DNA of 64,000 nucleotides. Origin: Candidatus Shapirobacteria bacterium. GTDB lineage: Bacteria > Patescibacteriota > Microgenomatia > UM-FILTER-40-11. How positions within the stretch are numbered: the stretch's first letter is position 1; the number at the start of each line of letters is the position of its first letter. Shown here piece by piece: positions 48,793-58,390 of this stretch. Below the pieces are notes generated by a model that saw only the letters and a program-made list of their open reading frames with translations, had not been told where the DNA came from and did not search any database. The translations under genes and the position numbers were made by a program. The DNA is taken from contig JAGVBK010000002.1 in the NCBI GenBank assembly GCA_020059745.1, forward strand, positions 104,301 to 168,300, read 5' to 3'.

Positions 48793-50100
48793 TTAGCTTG
48801 TCTTGTTTCTTAATTGCCTGAATTTGTCTTGAACTTCAATTGGTAAATCCTCTGTGGCTTTCCCCTTCTCACTGACCATGATTCCGTAGATAGTGTCAAG
48901 CACTTCCTCTGGCCTTAACTCACGACCCCCGGTTTCAAAAGATGAACGCCTTAAAATTGCGTATTCAAGTTCCAAAAGATTTTGAGCATTTTCTAAAGTA
49001 GGATTTCCTCCCCTTTTTACTGCTCTTGCCCTTAATTCAACTACTTTATCCCTCAGTCTTTCTCCATTGGTAATATAGTTTTTATCTAGCTCTCCGCTTA
49101 GATAACCTTTTATTCTATTAACCAAATCCTCTGTTTTATAAGTAAAATTATGGCTGCCCATAATTGTCCTTCCTTTAAGTGCTTCTAAAAGTTCAGAAAA
49201 AAGCTGTGAAGAAGCAATGCTTGGTTTTTCCCGAGATTTTTCTTCAGGCTTTAAAGCCGGCTCAGCCCGATATCCTGTCACTTCGGTGGCAACAACAGTA
49301 ATGTCATCTTTTTTTGCCCTGAAATGGCGGCTTTGCGCTCTTTCCAGAGCTTTTTCCACCAACCTTTTTGCCACTTGTTTTGAATTCCCAAAAAGAGCTT
49401 CTTTAATTTCCTCATCAGTCAAGTTATCGGAAACTCCGTCAGTTACCCCGATAATCCTGTCTCCGGGTTTAAGAGCCAAGACAAAAATATCAGGAAGTTC
49501 TTCTTCGTCGCTGCCAAGATAGCGAACCAGCTTATTTCTGTGCTTGTAAAAAAGACCCACCTCCGGTCTAAGATTTTTAAGTTCCGACTCATTTTTTGCC
49601 TGGTCAACCGCCTTAGCTTCGCTTGGAGTTATTTTCCCGGCATCAACCATTTCATTTAAAGGATTGTGGTCTTTGGTTATTTGTTCAAGCCTTCCGTCCC
49701 GGTAAAGGTAAACCCGGCTGTCTCCAATATTCCCAATTACTACTTTTTTTCCTCCTTCCACAAAAAGAGCAGCAACCGCAGTTGTTCCAGACTCAGGAAC
49801 TCCATTTCTAACACCTCTTCCTGCTTCAATAAAAGCTTCCTCTAAAGTCCTTCTTGCCTCAAACTCATTGCTGTTAGAAGAAAAACCTTTTAGTTTTCTG
49901 GAAAAGACCAAATTCGCCCTTGAGGCAGCCTCTTTCCCTCCTGACATGCCTCCCATACCATCAAAAACAGCAAAATTGCTTCCTTCGGTCCAAAAAGAGT
50001 CTTCGCCCTTTTCCGCCCTGTTTTCAACAGCCAAAGTAGCAGAAAGCCTTTGGCTGGTTTCCGGAGGTCGGGCAAATTCCTGAAAAGATTGGTCGCTCAT
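48793..50100 (-). CDS. PP2C-family Ser/Thr phosphatase with a roughly 180-aa C-terminal domain of unknown function
   Basis: FAVFDGMGGMSGGKEAAS, VTDGVSD and DDITVV PP2C motifs. Inserted antisense between rplA and rplJ. Confidence 0.7.
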   Translation of the reverse strand: MSDQSFQEFARPPETSQRLSATLAVENRAEKGEDSFWTEGSNFAVFDGMGGMSGGKEAASRANLVFSRKLKGFSSNSNEFEARRTLEEAFIEAGRGVRNGVPESGTTAVAALFVEGGKKVVIGNIGDSRVYLYRDGRLEQITKDHNPLNEMVDAGKITPSEAKAVDQAKNESELKNLRPEVGLFYKHRNKLVRYLGSDEEELPDIFVLALKPGDRIIGVTDGVSDNLTDEEIKEALFGNSKQVAKRLVEKALERAQSRHFRAKKDDITVVATEVTGYRAEPALKPEEKSREKPSIASSQLFSELLEALKGRTIMGSHNFTYKTEDLVNRIKGYLSGELDKNYITNGERLRDKVVELRARAVKRGGNPTLENAQNLLELEYAILRRSSFETGGRELRPEEVLDTIYGIMVSEKGKATEDLPIEVQDKFRQLRNKTS

Positions 50101-50194
50101 CTTAGACCATGATATTTTGTTTTTTCTTTCAATGCAACCAATACCATTGCCAAGAAATAAATATAAATGCTATAATATTAATAGCTTATAGTAT

Positions 50195-50530
50195 TCATTG
50201 TCTGATAGCCGTTGCCGTCGTCTTCTTCCCCCAGGAAAAGGAGGCATCGTGGCAAAGCCGGCAAGAAAGGGCAATGGATCAAAGCCTCGGGGTGAAAAGG
50301 GTCAAGCCAGGCACAGAAGCGCCAGGCCAGTCATTCCTGATCCTTCTCCACTCGTGGCAGGCGGAGACTACAGTGACGAGAATTTGTTGGCAAGAGCCGA
50401 AAGGGGCCTGCTACATTCTCTGCACATCACCTGAAGTCCCCCCTCCCCACCGGTCCGGTGTTGAAGCGCTGCTTGCAGCCCTTCTTTTTTTCACCGGACC
50501 TTTTTCTGGCTTTCTTCTACTCCCTTGCTT
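50195..50530. ncRNA. GC-rich ORF-free structured block upstream of rplJ (candidate L10 leader or other ncRNA)
   Basis: About 335 bp at roughly 56% GC, in an otherwise AT-rich gap. No convincing ORF on either strand (the plus-strand ORFs start with TTG and look like GC-driven artefacts). Contains AAAGCCGGC...AGGGCAA and GGGGUGAAAAGGGU motifs and many hairpins. A terminator-like hairpin at 50604-50656 precedes the rplJ RBS. Confidence 0.35.
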
Positions 50531-50674
50531 TTAAAACACTTTCATGCTATTATTTTTTAAGCCTTAAGACAGTAAGTGTCTGGTGAAACCGGACTTAATT
50601 TCTTACCGAGGGGACAAATTAATCTTTTGTTTTTGCCTCGGTAAAGCCGGGGTTTTTATTTTTTAAGGAGTAAA

Positions 50675-51193
50675 ATGAAAAAACAAGATAAATTTTTTGA
50701 AGTTGACAACTTAAATGCAAAAATTAAGGACGCCAAATCAGTGGCCCTGGTTGACTACCGCGGCATTACCGTCTCTCAGGCTACTGCTTTAAGAGAAAAA
50801 GTAAAAGAGGCCGGCGGTGAGCTTCAGGTTGTAAAAAATAACCTTTTCTTTAGGGCCTTAAGACAAAACGACTACGAAGTTGAAAAAGAAAAACTTGAAG
50901 GCCCTTCCCTTGCCCTTTTTGCCAACGCTGATGAGATTACTCCCCTTAAAGCTTTAGTTTCATTTGCCAAAACATCAGGACTTCTACCTTTTAAAATTGG
51001 TTTTATGGAAGGAAGAGTTCTTTCTGAGGCTGAACTTAACCGCTTTGCCAATCTTCCCAGCAAACAGGAACTGCAAGCCAAACTCGTCGGCATGTTGGCA
51101 AGTCAGCCCGGCCGTTTGGTTTATGCTTTAAACTACAACTTACAAAGACTGGCTTTAGTATTAAATGCTGTAAAAGAGAAAAAACAGCAATAA
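50675..51193 (+). CDS. rplJ: 50S ribosomal protein L10
   Basis: L10 family similarity over the whole length. rplJ-rplL synteny. Confidence 0.9.
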   Translation: MKKQDKFFEVDNLNAKIKDAKSVALVDYRGITVSQATALREKVKEAGGELQVVKNNLFFRALRQNDYEVEKEKLEGPSLALFANADEITPLKALVSFAKTSGLLPFKIGFMEGRVLSEAELNRFANLPSKQELQAKLVGMLASQPGRLVYALNYNLQRLALVLNAVKEKKQQ

Positions 51194-51230
51194 TTGTTTA
51201 AAATTTAAAATTTTTGTAAGGAGGTGTAAA

Positions 51231-51641
51231 ATGGCAGACGAAGCTCAAGTATCCAAAAATGTTGAAGGCTTAATTTCAGAAATCGAAAAACTGTCTGTTT
51301 TAGAACTGGCAGATCTAGTCAAGGCTTTAGAGGATAAATTCGGTGTTAGTGCCGCTCCTGTAGCCATGGCTGCTCCTGCGGGCGCTGCTCCCGCTGCTGG
51401 CGGCGAAGCTGCTCCAGCCGAGGAACAAACCACTTTCAATGTGGTTATTGCCAACGCAGGCGCCAACAAAATTTCGGTTATTAAGGCTGTAAGAGAAATC
51501 AACCAAAACCTGGGTTTAAAAGAAGCTAAGGATTTAGTTGAAGCAGCCCCGAAAGAAGTCTTAACCGGGGTTAACAAGAGTACCGCTGAAGAAGCCAAGA
51601 AAAAACTCGAGGCAGCAGGCGCTACTGTTGAATTAAAATAA
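51231..51641 (+). CDS. rplL: 50S ribosomal protein L7/L12
   Basis: Ala/Pro-rich hinge. C-terminal domain KAVREI...[10 protein letters not shown]...VELK. Confidence 0.9.
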   Translation: MADEAQVSKNVEGLISEIEKLSVLELADLVKALEDKFGVSAAPVAMAAPAGAAPAAGGEAAPAEEQTTFNVVIANAGANKISVIKAVREINQNLGLKEAKDLVEAAPKEVLTGVNKSTAEEAKKKLEAAGATVELK

Positions 51642-51656
51642 GGCTAAGCACACCTT

Positions 51657-51686
51657 AAAAATCCCCTCTTTCTGAGGGGATTTTTA
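51657..51686 (+). terminator. intrinsic terminator after rplL
   Basis: AAAAATCCCCTC-TTTC-TGAGGGGATTTTT hairpin followed by a T-tract. Confidence 0.8.
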
Positions 51687-51799
51687 GTGGAAAAACTACA
51701 AAAATTGTAATTGCTTGACAAGCGGTTGTAGAATACATCTATAGAAAAAAGCTAAAAAGAGGCTAAAGCGCTTCTTAACAGCTTATTTTTTGTTCTTTG

Positions 51800-52617
51800 A
51801 AAAGGGAGACAGAGTTGAAGACCGAAAGGCGAAGGCACAAAACCTTCGGCTTTCGGTCTTCAGCATTCAAGATAGCCAAAAATGGCAGAAAGGAGAACTT
51901 GGCTACGGATTAGTCGATCCGCCTTACTCACCCCCAGGAGAAAAAAGTGAGAGTAGTTACGGTCGGTTCGGCAAAGGTAGTTCCAACTATCGGGGAAGAG
52001 ATGTTCCCAATGGTCGGCTTCGGACTGGGAGTCCAAACGTCAATGGGAGGCTGTTTCGGACTTAGGTCTGACCACGATGAGTCGGTTCTTGTCTGGAACA
52101 GCCAAAAGAAGCTTCCCGAGCTGCTTGAAGAAGCAGGTATTCCCTTCGTGCAGACGGGGAAAGAGTTCACAACTACTGTTCCCGGCTGCAGGGAGACTGT
52201 AATCAAATCTGGAGAAAGATTGTCTTGGAGCTTCCCGATGCCCACCCTGACAAGCGGACACCCAAAGTTCGCATTCCTTCCCCAACCCCGGTTCGCACGC
52301 ATTGGAGAAGGAAGAAGACAATACTACCTGATCAAGCTTCTCGGCGCACTGGTCGGCACCCAAGAGGCCATTGTATGCCTCGAGTTCGGACAGTTCAGCT
52401 CAAGTTACAAGAACTTGTGCTACAAGTTCGAGCTCAAGGGGGTGGTGGCAATCGGACCAAAAGAACATCTTTTCTGGCAGTTTGAACTACCCCCAGAAGA
52501 AAGCTTTGATTCTCTTCTCAAGAGAATCAAGCTTTACTAGATCCTGGCTCGCGTGCCAATTTTCCCCCAGCCTTGCGGCACGCGAGCCTTCCGTTTGGCA
52601 CTCTCTGTCTCCCTTTT
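51800..52617. mobile_element. 818-bp GC-rich element bounded by perfect 15-bp terminal inverted repeats (candidate non-autonomous mobile element)
   Basis: Left end AAAAGGGAGACAGAG (51800-51814) and right end CTCTGTCTCCCTTTT (52603-52617) are exact reverse complements. Subterminal 13-bp and 12-bp stem hairpins sit at 51816-51860 and 52546-52588. About 52% GC, against roughly 37% in the flanks. Confidence 0.5.
51947..52540 (+). CDS. hypothetical protein encoded inside the TIR element
   Basis: 197 aa with a GTG start and AGGAGA RBS 6 nt upstream. No TM and no recognisable transposase or nuclease motif. Confidence 0.45.
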   Translation: MRVVTVGSAKVVPTIGEEMFPMVGFGLGVQTSMGGCFGLRSDHDESVLVWNSQKKLPELLEEAGIPFVQTGKEFTTTVPGCRETVIKSGERLSWSFPMPTLTSGHPKFAFLPQPRFARIGEGRRQYYLIKLLGALVGTQEAIVCLEFGQFSSSYKNLCYKFELKGVVAIGPKEHLFWQFELPPEESFDSLLKRIKLY

Positions 52618-52799
52618 GTAATTCTTCTATTTTCTTTCTCTTTTTTTTACTATAAAAACATCAATATATTTCAAAATGTCTAAAAGTATTTCACCCCTTT
52701 TATATCCTATTGACAACTTTTTAACTACTGTGATACTCTTTTGATTAGAAAAACATATTCTAAAGTTTAGTATTTTGAATTTCTCCCGAAAGGAGCTAT

Positions 52800-53015
52800 A
52801 TGCCTGATAAAAAGAATCTTAACCTGGATAATCTTCCCGACTTGCTTACTGTCCGCGAGGTAGCTGAAATTCTAAGAGTTTCTCCCCTAACCATTAAAAG
52901 ATGGGGCAAAAGAGGCAAGCTGCCGGCAATCAGAATCAATTCCAGAGGCGACAGAAGGTATAAAAAAGAAGCGGTCCTTTGGATGCTAGGTATTCAACCG
53001 AAAGACCAAATCTAA
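52800..53015 (+). CDS. helix-turn-helix DNA-binding protein (excisionase/MerR-like HTH_17)
   Basis: 71 aa. LLTVREVAEILRVSPLTIKRWGKRGKLPAIRI is a classic Xis/MerR-type HTH. Confidence 0.6.
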   Translation: MPDKKNLNLDNLPDLLTVREVAEILRVSPLTIKRWGKRGKLPAIRINSRGDRRYKKEAVLWMLGIQPKDQI

Positions 53016-53089
53016 TTTTTAAAAAATTTGTTTCTTTTTAAAATCGAATAAACAGAGTTTGAAAGTTGTTTTTGCACAGTTTATAAAAA

Positions 53090-53872
53090 TTAAGAATTTA
53101 TTTTAAATTTTTCTCGAAATATTAACCAAGGAAACACAACTGTTGCCGTCCACACCCTTTTTAAGTGCCCCGGCTTTGTTAAACCTCGCCAAAGCCACTC
53201 TAAACCAATCTTCCGCATCAAAAAAGGCGCCCTCTTACTAAAACCCGTTAAAAAGTCAAGAGAGCCACCTATGCCGATAAACACTTTGGCGTTTATTTTT
53301 TCTTTATTGCCAATAATCCACTCTTCTTGCTTAACCATGCCGTGGCAAGCGAAAACAATTTTAAGCCCGCCTGCCGGATGGGCAGGTTTTAAATCTTGCC
53401 TGTCGGCAGACAGGTTTTCTATTTTAAATTCTAAGTTATCGAGGTTAACAAATTTGACCCGAGGGTACTTTTCAGATAACTTTTTAAAAAGAAACTCAGC
53501 TTCCCCTCTATCTCCTCTTCTGGCTCCGGCAATACCCACAGACCAGCCTTTACTATTAGCTGTTTCAAGTAAGCAGGAAACAAGATCAGCACCGCTTACT
53601 CTTTCTTTAACTTCCTTCCTAAATACTCTTGAAAAAAGAACCAAACCAAAACCGTCAGGAATGTTGATATCAGCCACTTTAAGGATTTCTTTGAATTTTA
53701 GGTTTTTTTGAGCTTCAACTAGAAATTCAGGATTAGGAGTAAAAATAATCAGGGGGGGCTTAGCCTCAAAACCTGGCTTTTCTTCAATTAACCCCTCAAT
53801 TTGGTCTAGCAAACTTGGCAGCTGAGTGCTATTTATGGGTACACCTAGAATATTAGCTATATTTCGGCTCAT
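53090..53872 (-). CDS. WecB/TagA/CpsF family glycosyltransferase (GT26)
   Basis: ANILGVPIN N-terminus and family-typical length and motifs (FVNLDNLEFKIENL..., GIGGSLDFLTG). Confidence 0.75.
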   Translation of the reverse strand: MSRNIANILGVPINSTQLPSLLDQIEGLIEEKPGFEAKPPLIIFTPNPEFLVEAQKNLKFKEILKVADINIPDGFGLVLFSRVFRKEVKERVSGADLVSCLLETANSKGWSVGIAGARRGDRGEAEFLFKKLSEKYPRVKFVNLDNLEFKIENLSADRQDLKPAHPAGGLKIVFACHGMVKQEEWIIGNKEKINAKVFIGIGGSLDFLTGFSKRAPFLMRKIGLEWLWRGLTKPGHLKRVWTATVVFPWLIFREKFKINS

Positions 53873-54228
53873 TTTTTACATCCCCTTTGGCTTTTATGGC
53901 TGTTTTTTTTGATTTTTTCCTGCCCTGTTTTTTGCCCGCTTCAAATTTTTTTTATTTTTTTGCTAATTTTTTTGTATTTTTGTTAAAAAAAACAGGTTTT
54001 TGGCAAAAAAGACATAGGGTTTTTTTATTTTTTTCTCTTTTAATCTTACAGGATATTTTTAAAAAATAGTGTTTGTTTACTTTTTTCAGTTTTTGGGCAA
54101 ATGTTTTACTCTGGCTTTTAAACTTAATTTTTTGTTTTTCAAAGGATTTTTGCTAAAAAAATCAACTTAAAAGCTATAAGATTTATTGCTCTATTTCTAC
54201 AAGCTTATTTTTTAACACAAATTTGCTC

Positions 54229-55233
54229 CTATTTTCTAGTGACTGATCGCTTGTAAAGTTCAATGTTTTCCAAAGCAATTCCCGTTCCTTTAACAACGCA
54301 AAAAAGCGGGTCTTCGGCCACATGGCAGGAAACTCCCAACTCCTTAGTTAGCATCTTGTCAAAACCTCTAAGCAAACTTGTTCCTCCGGTCATCACAATT
54401 CCCTTGTCAATAATATCTGAGCTTAACTCAGGTGCGGTTTCTTCTAAAACCTCCTTAAGCATGTTCACAATCATGTTTAAAACCGGCTTTATTGCCTCGG
54501 TAACTTCATTTGAAGAAATAGTGATAATCTTAGGAAGACCAAGCAGAGAATCCCGGCCCTTGACTTCAAGGCTTTCTTCTTTTACCAAAGGCAAAGCAGA
54601 GCCGATTTTAATTTTAATCTCCTCAGAGGTTTGCTCGCCAATAACAATATTGTGCTTTCTCCTTAAATAAGAAGCAATTGCTTCATCAATCCTATTACCA
54701 GCCACTCTCACGCTTTTATGGACCACAACTCCGCCCAAAGAAATTACCGCTGCCTCAGAAGCACCGCCGCCCATATCTAAAACCATGTTACCCGAAGCCT
54801 GGGCAATCGGAATTTTGGCACCTATGGCCGCAGCTAAAGGCTCGTCAATAAGATAAGCGTTTCTGGCACCGGCAGAAAGAGTGGCATCCAAAACTGCCCT
54901 TCTTTCCACCTGGGTTACTCCAGCCGGAGTGCAAATCATTACCTCGGGCTTAAAAAGCCAAATCTTGCCGCAAACTTTCTGGACAAAATAGCGAAGCATT
55001 GCCTCGGTTACTTCGTAGTCAGCGATCACGCCTTCCCGAAGCGGTCTTAAAGCGGCAATATTACCGGGAGTTCTTCCCAGCATTGTCTTTGCCTCACCGC
55101 CAACTGCTAAAACCCGGTTATCTTCAACTGAAACCGCCACCACGGTTGGCTCATTAAGAACAATGCCCTTCCCAACCTCCCAAACCACAGTGTTTGCTGT
55201 CCCTAAATCAATGGCAATCTGCTTAGAAATCAC
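54229..55233 (-). CDS. MreB/Mbl-like actin homolog (second paralog)
   Basis: IAIDLGTANT, EPTVVA, LDMGGGASE, MTGGTSLLRG motifs. Confidence 0.85.
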   Translation of the reverse strand: MISKQIAIDLGTANTVVWEVGKGIVLNEPTVVAVSVEDNRVLAVGGEAKTMLGRTPGNIAALRPLREGVIADYEVTEAMLRYFVQKVCGKIWLFKPEVMICTPAGVTQVERRAVLDATLSAGARNAYLIDEPLAAAIGAKIPIAQASGNMVLDMGGGASEAAVISLGGVVVHKSVRVAGNRIDEAIASYLRRKHNIVIGEQTSEEIKIKIGSALPLVKEESLEVKGRDSLLGLPKIITISSNEVTEAIKPVLNMIVNMLKEVLEETAPELSSDIIDKGIVMTGGTSLLRGFDKMLTKELGVSCHVAEDPLFCVVKGTGIALENIELYKRSVTRK

Positions 55234-55347
55234 TTGATATCTTCTGATATTAAATGCATATAGATAGAGACAGTTTTTAGACTATCTCTAAACTTTATTA
55301 TACAGACCTTCAAGGCTTTAGCAAGAATATTTGTAAGCTTTGCTTGG

Positions 55348-56688
55348 TTGTCTAAAATAAAGAAAAAAGATATAATTGCTAAAATGTTAAACCTTTCCAA
55401 ATACCGGGTACCCTTCTTTTTTTTAATCGTTGCTTTTGTAATCATTGGCACCTATGTTGCCATTAAATTCACTCAAGGTTATAGATTTGACTTTTCCAGT
55501 AAGTCGGTAATGCCCACCGGCATGCTGGTAGTTAACTCTTCTCCCCATGGCGCTCAAGTTTTTATTGACGGCAAGCTTAAAGGAGCCACAAACAGCACTC
55601 TTTCCCTTCCTCCGGGCGAATATCTGGTTGAAATTAAAAAACCTGGTACTTTCCCCTGGCAAAAAAAATTACTGATTGAAAAAGAGTTGGTTACCCAGGC
55701 TAACGCCTTGCTTTTCCCCCAGGTTCCTGATCTTAAACCCCTAACCTTTACCGGTGTGGAAAACCCAAAAATTTCACCTGACGGAGGAAAGATTGTTTAC
55801 AGCATTTCCTCACCTAGTCCCCAAGCCGGGCTTTGGGTTCTAGACTTGGGTGGTTTTCTTTTTAGCTCTAATCGAGAACCAAGGCAGATTGCAAAAGATA
55901 GGGCCGGTTATAACTTCTCTGAACTTAACTACTACTGGACTCCCGACTCAAGACAAATTCTTGTTGAAACCCAAAAAGAAAAATATCTGCTTGATCCCAG
56001 CCAGCTAAACCCGTCTGCAAGCTTTGTTGATGTTTCCAAAAGCCTTGAACAAATGGCTTTAACTTGGACTAAAGAAGAAAAAATCAGAAATGAAGCCAGG
56101 TTTAAGAAAGTTCCAGAAAAGTTAAAAGAAATTCTGGCTAGTTCTGCCACAGATATAAGCTTTAGCCCCGACGGCACTAAAATCCTTTACACAGCTACCG
56201 CTTCGGCTGAAATTCCGGAAAAGTTGATTCCGCCGGTTCCCGCTTCCTCAAACCAGCCTGAATCAAGAAAAATCGAGGCAGGTAGGCTTTATGTTTACGA
56301 CATAAAAGAGGATAGAAACTTTACAATTCCCTTTAATCTGCCTGAACCTACCCCCACCCCAACACAAGCCAAAAGCGTAAAAACAAAAGATAAAACCATA
56401 ACTCCCACTCCAACCCCCACCCCGGTTAAGATTGAAACGGAAAACTGGCTAACTAAACCCAATTGGTTTCCTTCAAGCAACCACTTAATCTGGCTTGAGG
56501 CGGGAGAGAACGGAGACAAGGTCATTATCTGCGAGTATGACGGCACCAACTCCACTGCTGTTTACTCTGGCCCAATGGTAAGTCCATTTGCCTTTGTTTC
56601 TCCAGGCGGAGAAAGGCTGGTTATTCTTACTCAGATTAGTTTTGACCCTGAATCAAAACCAAACCTCTACTCTGTTTCCTTGAAGTAA
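55348..56688 (+). CDS. membrane-anchored PEGA-domain protein with TolB-like beta-propeller
   Basis: N-terminal TM. PEGA motif (LPPGEYLVEIKKPG). Repeated ...SPDG.KI.Y... WD40/PD40-like units. Thr/Pro linker. Confidence 0.65.
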   Translation: MSKIKKKDIIAKMLNLSKYRVPFFFLIVAFVIIGTYVAIKFTQGYRFDFSSKSVMPTGMLVVNSSPHGAQVFIDGKLKGATNSTLSLPPGEYLVEIKKPGTFPWQKKLLIEKELVTQANALLFPQVPDLKPLTFTGVENPKISPDGGKIVYSISSPSPQAGLWVLDLGGFLFSSNREPRQIAKDRAGYNFSELNYYWTPDSRQILVETQKEKYLLDPSQLNPSASFVDVSKSLEQMALTWTKEEKIRNEARFKKVPEKLKEILASSATDISFSPDGTKILYTATASAEIPEKLIPPVPASSNQPESRKIEAGRLYVYDIKEDRNFTIPFNLPEPTPTPTQAKSVKTKDKTITPTPTPTPVKIETENWLTKPNWFPSSNHLIWLEAGENGDKVIICEYDGTNSTAVYSGPMVSPFAFVSPGGERLVILTQISFDPESKPNLYSVSLK

Positions 56689-56755
56689 CTTCTCTGAACT
56701 AAACAAATTGTCCCGCCCTTAGCGGGACAATCGTTCTCACATATCCTAATTTTTT

Positions 56756-57535
56756 TTATTCACTTTCCCCTACCGGAGCAATTGACCAGTCTTTAATCAG
56801 CCTGGTTTCTTCTACCTGGTTTAAGGAAGAATCCCAAGTTCCGCTTACCCTGACACGGTGGCCCTCTTTAAGCTCGGAAAAGGGAATCTCCTTGTGAGCC
56901 CTATTAACAATTTTAGTGCTCTCTTTAACAAGTACGGCTTGATCCTCTCTTTTTGCCGTCTCAATAACCAGCTTGCCCTCGCTTAGGCTTTTTATCTTGC
57001 CCCAAAAAGTGGCAAACCTCTTTTGTAAGGAAAGATCTCTCAAAATCCTTAATTCAAGTACCGCGTTGTCGCTGTCCTGCCAGGTTCCCCGGGCAGAAAC
57101 AAGATGGCCGACTTTAAGATCAGAAACCAAAGCCTTTCCTCCATATTTTTTAAGAATGACTGTTTTCTCAGTTACCAAAAGCTTAACTTCTTTACTTTCA
57201 TGGGTAACAGTAATTTCGTTTCCGGAAATTACTTTTATTTCTGCTTGGTTAAGTCCGGCCGGAAGAAGCTTTGGGTAAAGTTTTCTTATTCTTTCAAGAA
57301 TTCTTGAACGGATGTTTTGACCTGCCTGGCCTGAAGGCGTTGCCAATCTTTTTTCTTCCGTTATCTCGTTTCTTGCTTCTTCTTTTATCCCTTTAATGCT
57401 TTCCCTTACCTCCTCCTTAATTTCTTTTCTTATTGCATTTTGCATTTGGGGAGCATTGCCCTGGCCAAAAACCTGGGTATTAAAAAGAAAAAGAAAGATG
57501 ACAAAAAAAACAGCAGTTTTCTTCAATGGTCTCAC
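56756..57535 (-). CDS. secreted hypothetical protein with duplicated domain (DUF5666-like)
   Basis: Signal peptide. Two similar modules (VGHLVSARGTWQDSDNAVLEL / EGHRVRVSGTWDSSLNQVEET). Confidence 0.45.
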   Translation of the reverse strand: MRPLKKTAVFFVIFLFLFNTQVFGQGNAPQMQNAIRKEIKEEVRESIKGIKEEARNEITEEKRLATPSGQAGQNIRSRILERIRKLYPKLLPAGLNQAEIKVISGNEITVTHESKEVKLLVTEKTVILKKYGGKALVSDLKVGHLVSARGTWQDSDNAVLELRILRDLSLQKRFATFWGKIKSLSEGKLVIETAKREDQAVLVKESTKIVNRAHKEIPFSELKEGHRVRVSGTWDSSLNQVEETRLIKDWSIAPVGESE

Positions 57536-57599
57536 CCCCTTTCTTTTTATTAATACCCCAAAAGAAGCAAAAAAGTTTCAAACTGCTAAAGGTTTGGGA

Positions 57600-58049
57600 T
57601 TATTCAATTTCGTAGTAAACCACTAGCTCTTCTTCCGCATCTCCAATTTCATTTCCGGCTACTACCAAAATATAGTTTTCCCCTTCCTCAAGTTCAAGGG
57701 AAACATTGAAACTCCCGTCTTTGTCGGCAACAGTCTCTTTATCATTCACAAACACTTCAGCTTGAGCCAATGTTTTACCCCTAACTTCAACTATGGCTTG
57801 GCCTAGCGTGGTCTTGTTTTTAGGGCTCTCTATTTCAAGAAAGAATCGCTCTTTTTTTAATAAAGAATCTTCTTCCTTGTTTACCGCTGTTTGGCTTTCC
57901 TCGGTTAATTCCTTCAGGCTCTCCGGCTTTTGGGTGAAAACAAGGTACCCCCCCAAAAAAAGAAGAATAATAAACCCGGCAAGTAAATAAATTGTGGCTG
58001 CTCCTTTATTTTTCATTTTCTTTAAAGAGAATATATAAAGAAAAAGCAA
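57600..58049 (-). CDS. membrane-anchored hypothetical protein
   Basis: 149 aa. N-terminal TM, then a beta-rich ectodomain. Confidence 0.4.
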   Translation of the reverse strand: MLFLYIFSLKKMKNKGAATIYLLAGFIILLFLGGYLVFTQKPESLKELTEESQTAVNKEEDSLLKKERFFLEIESPKNKTTLGQAIVEVRGKTLAQAEVFVNDKETVADKDGSFNVSLELEEGENYILVVAGNEIGDAEEELVVYYEIE

Positions 58050-58389
58050 AAGTTGTCACTAAGAAGAAAAGCAGGAAAAGCTCTTTTAATGGGTTTGCCT
58101 CAAGCATGGCTTGAAAAACTGCCCTAGGTTCTGTGGCTAGCCAGCTTTTATCCCAAAAAAGAAGCTGCCAGAACCCAAGGCTGTTAAGTGTTTTTGATAC
58201 CTGGAAAGCTTGCCTGACTGTAAAGAAAGCCAAAAGCACGGAAAGAAAAAGAAGCAAAAAAGAAAGCCTTCTTTCCCAAAGCTTTATTGCCTCCATTTTA
58301 ATTATTTCCCAAATGATTTTTTCAACCGGCCTTTTAGGCTCTACCTTAGGCAAGTTTTCAATTAGTTTTTTTAATTTGTCTTCTTTCAT
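58006..58389 (-). CDS. putative anti-sigma factor (membrane)
   Basis: 127 aa with two TM helices. Sits immediately downstream of the ECF sigma factor and is probably co-transcribed. Confidence 0.4.
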   Translation of the reverse strand: MKEDKLKKLIENLPKVEPKRPVEKIIWEIIKMEAIKLWERRLSFLLLFLSVLLAFFTVRQAFQVSKTLNSLGFWQLLFWDKSWLATEPRAVFQAMLEANPLKELFLLFFLVTTFAFSLYILFKENEK

Positions 58390-58390
58390 T

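Noticed and set aside
50195-50530. RNase P RNA (rnpB) identification, based on size (about 335 nt), the GC-rich islet, and AAAGCCGGC / AGGGCAA / GGGUGAAAAGGGU motifs
   Set aside because: The universally conserved ACAGAA (J18/2) and GGUAAAC.CC motifs are not visible on either strand. Kept only as a low-confidence alternative inside the finding. Needs a covariance-model search.
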